A stretch of 64,000 nt of DNA from Polyangiales bacterium (GTDB taxonomy: Bacteria; Myxococcota_A; Polyangia; Polyangiales; Ga0077539), in the NCBI GenBank assembly GCA_044229975.1, contig JBGARZ010000002.1, positions 864,001-928,000 on the forward strand, in the 5' to 3' direction. Position 1 is the first letter of the stretch, and each line of letters opens with the position of its first letter. Below, in pieces: positions 1 through 9,313 of the stretch. The translations under genes were made by a program, and so were the position numbers. The notes under the pieces are model-generated. The model saw nothing but the letters and a program-made list of their open reading frames with translations, did no database searches and had not been told where the DNA came from.

Positions 1-453
1 TGGTGGCGCGACGGCGAACGACTCTCTCGCACCGAGGCCACGCAGGGCGTCGACGTGCGGCGCGTCGACGTTCCGTCCGCGATCGCGCACGAAGAGCTCG
101 CCGAGCGAACGCTGCTCGCGGCCCTCCCCTCGCCCGCGTCGGAGGTTGCCTCGACCGAGGGCGCGTTGCCCTACCGCGTCGCCGCGACACCGACTGCCCG
201 CAATGTAGCGGAGGCGCCGTGGGTGGCGCTCCCCGAGGTGGTGTTCGCGATGTCCGGTGGCGATGCGGGATACCGTCGTGGACTTCGGGCGCGCATGGAG
301 TCTTCGATGGCCCAGGCCGAGCGGCTCCAGTCGGTGGGCGACGCGAGCGCGGCCCTGACCGCGGCCCTCGATGGCCTCGGCAGCCGACCCCTCGCGACGA
401 CGCTGCTCCAGGAGATCCGCCGGGGCTTCGAGCTGCGACCACCGACCTCATAG
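1..453 (+). CDS. Hypothetical protein, 5'-truncated by window edge
   Basis: Frame +1 is open from base 1 to TAG at 451-453 (includes ORF 55..453). GC-rich third positions, no recognisable motif. Confidence 0.6.
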   Translation, partial: WWRDGERLSRTEATQGVDVRRVDVPSAIAHEELAERTLLAALPSPASEVASTEGALPYRVAATPTARNVAEAPWVALPEVVFAMSGGDAGYRRGLRARMESSMAQAERLQSVGDASAALTAALDGLGSRPLATTLLQEIRRGFELRPPTS

Positions 454-551
454 CGGGACAGGCAACGTCTCTGCGCCGAACACAACCCGTTGCGACGCGG
501 AGCCCGCGCGCATAGGGTCCGCGCCCCCTTCAACTCGCGGAGATCTCGGAC

Positions 552-2825
552 ATGGCGCTCGACCCGGTGGTGGTGATTGCAGAGGAGCTGGGCGTCGCGG
601 CGCGCGGCGTCCACGCGGTGGTCGAGCTGCTCGTGGGCGGGGCGACGGTGCCCTTCATCGCGCGCTACCGGAAGGAGGCGACCAACGGCCTCGACGAGGT
701 GCAGATCCGCGCCATCGAAGAGCGCCACGCCTACCTGAAGGAGCTCGAAGAGCGACGCGCCGCCGTGCTCGAAGAGATCGGCAAGCAGGGCAAGCTCGAC
801 GACGCGCTGCGCGACCGCATCCTCGCGTGCCGCGTGAAGTCCGAGCTCGAAGACCTCTACCTCCCCTTCAAGCCCAAGCGCCGCACCCGGGCGATGATCG
901 CCCGCGAGAAGGGACTCGACCCGCTCGCACAGCGCATCGCCTCGCAGGCTGCCGAGGGTGATCCCACCGCAGAGGCGCAGCGCTTCGTCGACGCCGAGAA
1001 GGGTGTCGCGACGGTGAAGGAGGCGCTCCAGGGCGCGCGGGACATCGTCGCCGAGTCCATCGCCGAGACGCCAGCCGTGCGCACGTGGGCGCGCGAGCTC
1101 TACCTCGACGAGGCCGTGCTCACCGTCGTGAAGGCGCCGGAGGTCAACGCGCCGACGAAGTTCGAGGCGTACTACGACTTCCGCGAGGCGGTTCGCACGC
1201 TGCCGTCACACCGCTTCCTCGCCGTGCGCCGCGGCGAGGCCGACAACGTGCTGCGCTCGGAGCTGGAGGTCGACACCGCCCGCTGCATCGCCCACCTCGG
1301 CGTGCTCGGCGGTCGTCGCCCGGCCTCGCCCTGGTGCGAGCAGATGGACCTCGCCGCCACCGACGCCTGGAAGCGCCTCGTCGCCCCGTCCATCGAGAGC
1401 GAGGTGCGCGTCGAGCTCAAGCTGCGGGCCGATCGGGGCGCCGTCGACGTCTTCGCGCAAAACCTCCGGGCGCTCCTCCTCGCAGCGCCGCTCGGCGCAC
1501 GCACCGTCATCGGCATCGACCCCGGCCAGCGCACCGGCTGCAAGGTCGCCGTCGTCGACGCCACGGGCCGCATGCTCGACCACACCGTGCTCATGCTGGT
1601 GCAGGGTGACGCCTCGGTCGCGCGCGCCGCGGAGACGCTCAAGGCGCTGGTGGCGAAGTACAAGCCCGCGGCCGTCGCGGTGGGCAACGGAACGCACGGG
1701 CGCGAGACCGAAGCCTTCGTGCGCGAGGTGCTGGGCGCTTCGGGCGGAGTGTTCGCGGTGATGGTGAGCGAGTCGGGCGCGAGCGTGTACTCGGCGTCGG
1801 ACGTCGCGCGCGAGGAGTTTCCCGACCTCGACCTGACCGTGCGCGGCGCCATCTCCATCGCGCGTCGACTGCAAGACCCCCTGGCCGAGCTGGTGAAGGT
1901 CGACCCCAAGTCCATCGGCGTCGGGCAGTACCAGCACGACGTCTTCCAGGCGCTGCTCGCGCGCAAGCTCGACGAGGTCGTCGAGAGCTGCGTGAACTCC
2001 GTCGGCGTCGAGCTCAACACCGCGAGCGCCCCGCTGCTGGCGCGCGTCGCGGGCATCGGGCCCACCATGGCGCGGCGCATCGTGTCGCATCGCGAGACGG
2101 CCGGGGCGTTCAAGTCGCGCAAGGAGCTGCTCGACGTGGCGGGCGTCGGGCCGAAGACCTTCGAGCAGTGCGCGGGCTTCCTTCGCGTGCGCGAGGGCAC
2201 CGACCCCTTGGACGCATCGGCGGTGCACCCCGAGCGCTACGGCGTCGTCGAGGCCATGGCGAAAGACCTCGGCACCGACGTCAGCACGCTCGTCGGCAAC
2301 GCCGCCCTCGCCGCCAAGGTGCAGTGGCAACGCTACGTCTCCGGCGACCTCGGCGAGTTCACGCTGCGCGACATCCTCATGGAACTCCAGAAGCCCGGCC
2401 GCGACCCGCGCGCCGACTTCGAGGCGCCGAAGTTTCGCGACGACGTCCGCTCGATGGAAGACCTCAAGCCCGGCATGCCGCTGGAGGGCGTGGTCACCAA
2501 CGTCACGGCCTTCGGGGCCTTCGTCGACGTGGGCGTCCACCAGGACGGGCTCGTGCACGTCTCGCAGCTCTCCGATCGCTTCGTCCGCGACCCATCGGAG
2601 GTGGTGCGCGCGGGCGACAAGCTGAAGGTGCGCGTGCTGGAGGTCGACCTCGTCCGCAAGCGCATCTCGCTCACGGCGAAGTCGGGCGCCATCACGCCGA
2701 AGCCCGCGGGCGACGCGCCGAGGCCGCAGCGCGGCGGGCCGCCGGGGCGACAGCAGCAACCGCAAGCGCAACCGCCGAAGCAGGAGTTCAAGAACAACCC
2801 CTTCGAGCGCCTGCTCAAGCGGTAG
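552..2825 (+). CDS. tex: Tex/YhgF RNA-binding transcription accessory protein
   Basis: GATVPFIARYRKEAT N-terminus, IDPGQRTGCK YqgF-like domain, ISIARRLQDPLAELVKVDPKSIGVGQYQHD, HhH motifs, C-terminal S1 domain (FGAFVDVGVHQDGLVHVS). Confidence 0.97.
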   Translation: MALDPVVVIAEELGVAARGVHAVVELLVGGATVPFIARYRKEATNGLDEVQIRAIEERHAYLKELEERRAAVLEEIGKQGKLDDALRDRILACRVKSELEDLYLPFKPKRRTRAMIAREKGLDPLAQRIASQAAEGDPTAEAQRFVDAEKGVATVKEALQGARDIVAESIAETPAVRTWARELYLDEAVLTVVKAPEVNAPTKFEAYYDFREAVRTLPSHRFLAVRRGEADNVLRSELEVDTARCIAHLGVLGGRRPASPWCEQMDLAATDAWKRLVAPSIESEVRVELKLRADRGAVDVFAQNLRALLLAAPLGARTVIGIDPGQRTGCKVAVVDATGRMLDHTVLMLVQGDASVARAAETLKALVAKYKPAAVAVGNGTHGRETEAFVREVLGASGGVFAVMVSESGASVYSASDVAREEFPDLDLTVRGAISIARRLQDPLAELVKVDPKSIGVGQYQHDVFQALLARKLDEVVESCVNSVGVELNTASAPLLARVAGIGPTMARRIVSHRETAGAFKSRKELLDVAGVGPKTFEQCAGFLRVREGTDPLDASAVHPERYGVVEAMAKDLGTDVSTLVGNAALAAKVQWQRYVSGDLGEFTLRDILMELQKPGRDPRADFEAPKFRDDVRSMEDLKPGMPLEGVVTNVTAFGAFVDVGVHQDGLVHVSQLSDRFVRDPSEVVRAGDKLKVRVLEVDLVRKRISLTAKSGAITPKPAGDAPRPQRGGPPGRQQQPQAQPPKQEFKNNPFERLLKR

Positions 2826-3025
2826 TGCGCGCGTTGTAGCGTCCCGCGTCGGGCATCGCCGTCGAAGGCACGCTCGGCGGAGGGGGCGTCGGTAGCGTTC
2901 GCCTCGGTGCGCGTAGCTCGAACGACGTACCGAACGCCGGGCGTTGGATTCCTTCAGCGAGCCATCCAACGCGCGGGGGTCGGACGTTGCGCCGCACGCC
3001 TATCCCCCGTTGGCCCGCCACCGGG

Positions 3026-3145
3026 CCGGTCGATAGCCCGAGGTCATCCTCAACCTGCGTTCGCCGGTTCGCCGATAGCCCAGGGTCATCCTCCGACCGC
3101 TTTCGACCTCCCCGTCGATGACCCCGCGTCATCCCGCGCACCGTG
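3026..3145. repeat. Three degenerate ~42-43 bp direct repeats in the gap between convergent genes
   Basis: CGAT(A/G) at 3031, 3073, 3116; GTCATCC at 3043, 3085, 3128. Confidence 0.55.
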
Positions 3146-3170
3146 GGCGTGGTCGGGCGCTCGCCATGAC

Positions 3171-4415
3171 TCACCCCGAGCGCACGCCGCGATCGAGCCG
3201 GTCGAGCCTCCGCAGCGACGGAAACAACCCCGCCCACAACCCCACCACCAGCAGCGTTCCGACGCCGCCGAGCACCACCGCGCGCACCGGGCCGATCCAC
3301 GACGCCACCTGCCCCGACTCCCACTCCCCGAGCTCGTTGGAGGCGCCCACGAACACCAGGTTCACGGCGCCCACCCTCCCCCGCATCGCGTCGGGCGTCG
3401 CGAGCTGCACCGCGTGCTGTCGCACCACCACGCTGATCATGTCCGAAGCGCCCACGACGACGAGCATCGCGATGGAAAGCCACAGGTTGCGCGAGAGCCC
3501 GAAGGCGATGGTCGAGGCCCCGAACACTGCGACGCTGCCGAGCATCCACCAGCCCGCGTGGCGGCTGAGCGGCTTGTACGCGAGCCACACGGCCATCAGC
3601 GTCGCGCCCACCGCCGGGGCGCTTCGCAGCAGGCCCAGCGACCACTTCTCGGCGTGCAGGATGTCCTGCGCGAACATCGGCATCAGCGCGACGGCGCCGC
3701 CCAACAGCACCGCGAAGAGGTCGAGGGAGATGAGTCCCAGCACGAGGCGCTGGGTCCAGACGTAGCGCACGCCCGCGATGAGGTCGTCCCACGACGACGC
3801 GCGCGGGGCCGTCGGTCGCGTCGAGGGCAGCGGAGTCACCGTGGCGACGAGCGCCGCTGCCAGGGCCGAGCCGAGGGTCGCCAGGAGGTAGACCGCGCCG
3901 GGACCGCGCCGGTCGTAGAGGACGCCGCCAAGCGACGGGCCGACGAGGGTCGCGCCCTGCCACACCGTCGACCCGATGGAGACCGCGCTGCCGAGCAGGG
4001 TGTCGGGGACGAGGTTGGGCACCAGGGCCTGCGACGCGGGCCCCGAGAACGCGCGCGCGGTGCCGAGGAGCGCGAGCACCGCGTAGACGGGCGCGACGGT
4101 GGTGACGCCCTGGCGGGTGAGCGCGTAGAGCACCGCCCAGCCGACGGCGATGAGCGTGTGGCAGACGAGCACCACGCGACGGCGATCGAAGCGGTCGGCG
4201 ACGGCGCCGCTCGGGAGCGCGAGCAGCATCGCGGGGAGAAACTGCGCGAGCCCGACGTACCCGAGCGCGCGGGCGCTGTGGGTGGTCGTGTAGACCTGCC
4301 AGCCGATGGCGACGCCCGCCATCTGCGTGCTCAGCACCGACGCGAGGCGCGCGAGCTGGTAGTTGCGGAAGGAGACGACCCGTAGCGCCGCGAAGGCTCC
4401 GCCCGACTCAGACAC
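3171..4415 (-). CDS. MFS transporter (DHA3/EntS-like)
   Basis: About 12 hydrophobic segments, motif A GAVADRFDRRR, PDAMRGRV. GTG start at 4415 overlaps the upstream gene end; the 673-aa ORF call is over-extended. Confidence 0.92.
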   Translation of the reverse strand: MSESGGAFAALRVVSFRNYQLARLASVLSTQMAGVAIGWQVYTTTHSARALGYVGLAQFLPAMLLALPSGAVADRFDRRRVVLVCHTLIAVGWAVLYALTRQGVTTVAPVYAVLALLGTARAFSGPASQALVPNLVPDTLLGSAVSIGSTVWQGATLVGPSLGGVLYDRRGPGAVYLLATLGSALAAALVATVTPLPSTRPTAPRASSWDDLIAGVRYVWTQRLVLGLISLDLFAVLLGGAVALMPMFAQDILHAEKWSLGLLRSAPAVGATLMAVWLAYKPLSRHAGWWMLGSVAVFGASTIAFGLSRNLWLSIAMLVVVGASDMISVVVRQHAVQLATPDAMRGRVGAVNLVFVGASNELGEWESGQVASWIGPVRAVVLGGVGTLLVVGLWAGLFPSLRRLDRLDRGVRSG

Positions 4416-6285
4416 CGCGGGACGCTCTCCCGGCGAGGAGCAGCCTCTCGGCAAGCTCCATCGCATCGGCGGGCCAGAACTCCATGGGCCGCGGTCGATA
4501 CGCCCCCGCCTCGCGCAGCGGTCGACACGAGAGCAGTCGGCGCCGCCAGCGCAGCGGGACGGCGTCGCGCCCGTGGATGGCGCCGAGCAGCGCGCCCGCG
4601 ATGGCGGCGTTGGTGTCCGTGTCGCCGCCGCGGCCGACGGTGTCGACGATGCCGTCCTCCAGCGAGGGCGCGTGCAGCGCTTGATAGAAGGCGTTGTGGA
4701 AGGCGATGCAGACCCAGCCCATCTGCCGATAGAACTCCTGCGGTGCTCCGCTCCGCGCCGCGTCGAGCATGTCCGCGATGGTGGGATCGCAGCCCGGTCG
4801 GTGCGCCTCCTCCAACGCGTAGCCCCACGCGGCCTCGCCGTCGCCGCCGTGCGCGACGACCGCGGCGATGGCGCGCACGTACACCGCGCAGGCGTCGCGG
4901 CAGAGCGGGTGCGGGTGCGTAAAGGCGCTGTCCTGGGAGGCCATCCGCGCGGCACCCGTGGGGTCGGCCGCGCCAAAGATCGCCAGCGGCGAGACGCGCA
5001 TGAGCGACCCGTTGGCCTGGCTCTCCCGCGACGCGGCGGCCAGCACTCGCGCGAGACGCTCGGCGGGGTTGCCCTCACCGACGGCCCCGGCCGCGAGCGC
5101 GGCGGTGATGGTTCCGCCCTTGTCGAAGGGTCGCGAGGTGATCCAGTGGAGGTAGGACTCGACGACGGCCTCGGGGTCGTAGCGCGTGTCACGAACGAGC
5201 GTGCGCGCCAGCATCAGCGCGAGCTCCGAGTCGTCGGTCGCCTGCCCCGCGAAGGTGCGCCAGTGGCCGCGGTCACTGAGCTCGCGCACCCCGTGCGGGA
5301 ACTCCCGCGCGATGCGCTCGGCCGACTGAAACTCCACCTGACCACCGAGGGCGTCGCCCACGAGCTGCCCGATGAGGCAGCCCTGCGCGCGGGACAGCAC
5401 CCCGACATCGTCGACATGCTGCGCCGGTCGCAGCCGCGCGAGCGGGAGCCATCCCCGCTGACCGGGCGTGTACACCTCGTGCCAGTCGCGGCCCACGAGC
5501 GAGCGCACCGCCGCCGGAGCGCCGCCAAACGCGATGACCGTCTCCATCTCCGCGAGGCGCGTGTACGTGATGGGATCGCCTGACTGGTTGATGACCGTCG
5601 CGCCGACGGCGCGGAGGAGCGCGTGCCCTGCGCAGAGGTCCCACGCGGAGGGCGTGGCGAGCGACACTGCGGCGACGGCCTCGCCCGCGGCCACGAGCGC
5701 GAAGCGATAGGCGATGCTGGGCAGCGGGCGATAGCGCCCGGGGGCGACGCAGCGGGCGTTGGCCTCGGCGGCGCGGTCGGCGTGCTGCGAGACGAACACC
5801 GGCGCGCCTTCGTCGAGCGTCACGTCGGTGAGGTCGGTGGTGAGCGCGACGCCGTTGCGGGTGACGGGGCCGCAGCCTTCGGCCCACACGAGGAGGTCGC
5901 CGTCGCCATCGGGATAGGCGTACGCGAACACCACGCCCAACACCGGCACGCCGTCGTCGAGCAGGCCGATGGACACCGCGGCGCCGCGGAAGCCCTCCAG
6001 GAAGGGGCGCGTGCCGTCGTTGGGGTCGACCACCCAGCACCGCGTCTCGGCCGGGTCGACCGCCGCGGTGAAGCCCGTCTCCTCGCCCCGCCAGTGCCAC
6101 GCGAAGCGCTCCAGCAGGGCGCCCCGCAAGAACACCTCGACCTCGGTGTCGACGTCCGCCTTGTCGCCCCCGCCGCGCGGACCGCCCTCCCGATGAAACT
6201 CCGCCAGCAGTCGTCGCCCGGCCTCCTTCGCGGCCTCCACCGCGGCGTCGAGGGCGTCTGCGAGTCCTGGGCGGAGCGGGTCCAT
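4408..6285 (-). CDS. Inositol monophosphatase-family / ADP-ribosylglycohydrolase fusion protein
   Basis: N-terminal IMPase motifs GEE, WVVDPNDGT, WDLCAG. C-terminal ARH motifs GDALG, TDDSE, NGSLMR, THPH, GGDTDTNAAIAGALLGA. Start could be 6297/6300. Confidence 0.9.
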   Translation of the reverse strand: MDPLRPGLADALDAAVEAAKEAGRRLLAEFHREGGPRGGGDKADVDTEVEVFLRGALLERFAWHWRGEETGFTAAVDPAETRCWVVDPNDGTRPFLEGFRGAAVSIGLLDDGVPVLGVVFAYAYPDGDGDLLVWAEGCGPVTRNGVALTTDLTDVTLDEGAPVFVSQHADRAAEANARCVAPGRYRPLPSIAYRFALVAAGEAVAAVSLATPSAWDLCAGHALLRAVGATVINQSGDPITYTRLAEMETVIAFGGAPAAVRSLVGRDWHEVYTPGQRGWLPLARLRPAQHVDDVGVLSRAQGCLIGQLVGDALGGQVEFQSAERIAREFPHGVRELSDRGHWRTFAGQATDDSELALMLARTLVRDTRYDPEAVVESYLHWITSRPFDKGGTITAALAAGAVGEGNPAERLARVLAAASRESQANGSLMRVSPLAIFGAADPTGAARMASQDSAFTHPHPLCRDACAVYVRAIAAVVAHGGDGEAAWGYALEEAHRPGCDPTIADMLDAARSGAPQEFYRQMGWVCIAFHNAFYQALHAPSLEDGIVDTVGRGGDTDTNAAIAGALLGAIHGRDAVPLRWRRRLLSCRPLREAGAYRPRPMEFWPADAMELAERLLLAGRASRGV

Positions 6286-6365
6286 GAGCGACGGCATCAT
6301 GGTGGCCGCTCTCCCATGTGTCACGCTGGAAAACCTCCGCCTCGCCGCGGTGTCAGAGCCCCTTC

Positions 6366-7052
6366 ATGACCCACCTCCATCGCACGCTCTCGGGCCTCAT
6401 CGCGCTCCTCGTCGCGCTGTCTCTCGCCGCGCCGGCGCAGGCCCAGGTCGACCCTCCCGGCAACGCGCGCGTGATGGCCGTGCTCGATCAGGTGCGCGCC
6501 TCGCTCCGCACCACCCGCTACACCCACGACACCCGCATCGACCCGCGCGCCGGGCGCTACGACTTCGACTGCTCCGTGATGGTCGCGTGGGTGCTCGGTC
6601 GCGCGGCGCCTCGCGCGAGGGCGGCGCTGCCGGGTGGTCGTCCCCTCGCCGTGGACTTCCATCGCACCATCGTCGCCGCGTCGACGACCCGATCGCGCAA
6701 CGGCTGGCTGCGCATCGCGCGCATCGCCGACGCCCGCCCCGGCGACGTGCTCGCCTGGCCGCGCCCCCGGTGGTTTCGCTCCAACAACACGGGCCACGTC
6801 GCCATCGTCGCGGCGACGCCGATCGTCACCGAGCGCGGGGTGCTGGTGCGCGTGACCGACGCCACCTCGGTGGGCCACCAGGACGACCCGCGCAACCGCG
6901 ACGGCGGCCCCACGGGCTTCGGCCAGGGCACCCTGCTCATCGGCACCGACCCGGTCACCGGCGAAGGCACCGCGTACGGCTGGATCGGCTCGCTGACCCC
7001 GCCCGACTGGATGATCGCGACGCCGGTGCGCATCGGCCGCGCGGTGCGCTGA
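6366..7052 (+). CDS. Secreted NlpC/P60-like (papain-fold) protein
   Basis: Signal peptide (..LAAPAQA), FDCS Cys motif, PGDVL, TGHVAIV His motif. Confidence 0.7.
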   Translation: MTHLHRTLSGLIALLVALSLAAPAQAQVDPPGNARVMAVLDQVRASLRTTRYTHDTRIDPRAGRYDFDCSVMVAWVLGRAAPRARAALPGGRPLAVDFHRTIVAASTTRSRNGWLRIARIADARPGDVLAWPRPRWFRSNNTGHVAIVAATPIVTERGVLVRVTDATSVGHQDDPRNRDGGPTGFGQGTLLIGTDPVTGEGTAYGWIGSLTPPDWMIATPVRIGRAVR

Positions 7053-7063
7053 GCGACGCTTCG

Positions 7064-8962
7064 CTACGGGACCACGACCGTCGTCGAGAACGACTGGAGC
7101 AGCGCCTCCAGGCTGTTGAAGGTGTCCTCGGTGCGGTGGAAGGGACCGAGCGCGGGGTCGATCTCGCCCGCGGTGCGGATCTCATCGCGGCGGTCGCCCG
7201 AGCGGGCGTAGTGGATGACGACGGCGCGGAGGCTGGGGAAGGTTCCGCCGTGGCCCCACGGGCCGGTGTTGGCGACGTTGCGGAGCGTGGGGGTGTGAAA
7301 CTGCCCGCGCATCGCCTCGACCGGCGCGACGCGACGCAGATGGGCGCGGGTCAGGGGCGCATCGCTGAAGACGCTGTCGGCGCGAAAGGGACTCTCCCGC
7401 AGCGCGTCGACGCCTTCGAAGCGACCGACGTCGGGCACGTCGTCGACCCGCCCGGTGCCGAACTGAACGTTGTGGAAGCTGTCGTCGCTGAGCGTGGGCC
7501 CGTGGTGACACTGGTGGCAGCCCACCTCGAAGAAGATGCGCAGGCCCGCGCGGGCGGGCGCCGAGAGCGCCGTGACGTCGCCGCGGGCGTAGCGATCGAA
7601 GGCCGACGCGCCGAGGGCGAACGTTCGCTCGAAGGCCGCGATGGACTTGCCCGCGTTGACGAAGACCCGATCGACGGCGCGGCGGTCGTCGGCGCTCATC
7701 GCCTCCCACGCGCGCACTCCGGGTCGACCCGCGGCGGGGAAGCGCGTCGCGTCGGAGAGCGGCGGGAGCTCGCCATACACGGCGGTGTAAGCCTCGGCGT
7801 AGCGGTCGCCGATGCTGTGGGCCAGCGCGAGGCGCGACGAGCCCATCTCCCGCGGGTTTTCGATGGGCCCGAGCGCCTGCGACCAGAGCGAGTCGGCGCG
7901 GCCGTCCCAGAACTGCCACCGCTGCCCCGCGACCGTCGCGATGCTCGGCGCGTTGCGGTCGCCGACGGCGATGCCCGTCGAGCGGTCGAGGTGATCGGCG
8001 AGCCCCGTCGCAGGGGCGTGACAGGTGGCGCAGGAGACGGTTCCGGTCGACGAGAGGCGCGCGTCGAAGAAGAGCGATCGACCGAGGGCCGCCGCGCGCG
8101 GATCGTCGGCGAAGGCGTTGGTCGGGTCGGGCGGCGCGTGCTCGCGCGGCACCATCGCCTGCATCATCTCCCAGGCGTCCTGGCCGAGCAGGCCGTCGTG
8201 CAGCACGGCTTCGGGGCGCGCGGGGCGGTCGCGCTGGTCGAGGCGAGCGAGGGTGTCGGCGAGCTCGAAGGCGAGGTCGTGGGTGTCGGGCGCGTCGAAG
8301 ATGCGGAGCACGCTCATGGTGCGCTCGTCGAAGAGCAGCACGAGCGGGAGCTGCTGCGCGCCGAGGGAAAACTCGCGCCACAGGGAGGCCTCCGAGCGGG
8401 CCAGCGCGGTGGGTGCGACGTCGTAGCGGGCGCGCCAGTCGGCGAGGTCGCCGTCGTCGGGGGGAAGGTTGTCAGCGGCGCTGACGAGCAGGTCGACGAG
8501 GTCGACGCGGGCGGCCGAGGGGGACTCCATCACGCGCCGGGTGTGGGCCGCGTGGTGCTGCGATGGCCCCGACCACGCGGCGACCAGCCGGAGCATGAGC
8601 ACGCGGGGCGACGACGCGCACGGCGCATAGAAGCGCGACAGATGCAGCGGGTCAGAGCCGGTCGCGAGCGTGAGGTCGGGCAGCGGACCGTCGACGTTGA
8701 GCGCCGTCCCCGCGGGGTACGGCAGCGCTCCGCCGTCGGGGCAGCGGTCGGTGACGGGCGCATCCGCGCGGACGACGTCGCGGGCGGTGACCACATCGTG
8801 GGCGGCGCCGTCGTGAGCGACGTCTTCGTGAGCGACGCGGGCGACGTCGGACGCGACGGAGGCGTCGACGGTGGGTGCGGGCGTCGGGGTGCTGGTACAC
8901 CCGAGGAAGGTCAGCGCGACGAGGGCGGTACGTCGAAGCACGGTCGGTGTTCTATGCACCAT
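7064..8962 (-). CDS. Lipoprotein: thioredoxin-like domain + di-haem cytochrome c peroxidase/MauG-family domain
   Basis: Lipobox-like FLGC; haem motifs CATCH and CHQCH; LGRSLFFD, RNAPS, QFWDGRA, TPTLRNV; Trx-like segment MLRLVAAWSGPS..QLPLVLLFD. Confidence 0.9.
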   Translation of the reverse strand: MVHRTPTVLRRTALVALTFLGCTSTPTPAPTVDASVASDVARVAHEDVAHDGAAHDVVTARDVVRADAPVTDRCPDGGALPYPAGTALNVDGPLPDLTLATGSDPLHLSRFYAPCASSPRVLMLRLVAAWSGPSQHHAAHTRRVMESPSAARVDLVDLLVSAADNLPPDDGDLADWRARYDVAPTALARSEASLWREFSLGAQQLPLVLLFDERTMSVLRIFDAPDTHDLAFELADTLARLDQRDRPARPEAVLHDGLLGQDAWEMMQAMVPREHAPPDPTNAFADDPRAAALGRSLFFDARLSSTGTVSCATCHAPATGLADHLDRSTGIAVGDRNAPSIATVAGQRWQFWDGRADSLWSQALGPIENPREMGSSRLALAHSIGDRYAEAYTAVYGELPPLSDATRFPAAGRPGVRAWEAMSADDRRAVDRVFVNAGKSIAAFERTFALGASAFDRYARGDVTALSAPARAGLRIFFEVGCHQCHHGPTLSDDSFHNVQFGTGRVDDVPDVGRFEGVDALRESPFRADSVFSDAPLTRAHLRRVAPVEAMRGQFHTPTLRNVANTGPWGHGGTFPSLRAVVIHYARSGDRRDEIRTAGEIDPALGPFHRTEDTFNSLEALLQSFSTTVVVP

Positions 8963-9037
8963 TCGACGTCATCTGGGAGGGCCACGACGCCACTGGACAC
9001 TTGCGCAGCACCCCGCGATGGCCTCATCAACGAGGTG

Positions 9038-9286
9038 ATGGAGCGACCGCGTCGACCGAGCCTGCGGATGAGCGTTCGCCTCGCGCCCGTGGTCTCGCTG
9101 GAGCTCGACGAGGACTCGGCCTTCGCCGCGCTCGGCGCGGTGCACGACGCGCGGGTGGCGCTGCGTGCGCTCTCGTCGCCGCCGACGACGCTCATCGACA
9201 CGCTGGCCCTGCACGAGCGCGAGCTCGGCATGGCGCTCGGCGCCGATCGGGCGCGGGCCTGGCTTCGACAACGCAGCCGACGGTAG
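9038..9286 (+). CDS. Small hypothetical protein
   Basis: Fills the gap between two minus-strand genes, GC3-rich codons (tail of ORF 6284..9286). Start uncertain (9038 or 9068). Confidence 0.4.
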   Translation: MERPRRPSLRMSVRLAPVVSLELDEDSAFAALGAVHDARVALRALSSPPTTLIDTLALHERELGMALGADRARAWLRQRSRR

Positions 9287-9313
9287 TACCCCGCCACAGA
9301 GGACCTGAGGCGG

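Noticed and set aside
2826..3170. Possible CRISPR array
   Set aside because: Only three degenerate units with ~42-bp period, no distinct spacers, and no cas genes in the window.
6284..9286. 1000-aa + strand ORF
   Set aside because: Shadow frame overlapping the NlpC/P60 gene and antisense to the di-haem gene. Only the last ~80 codons may be a real small gene.
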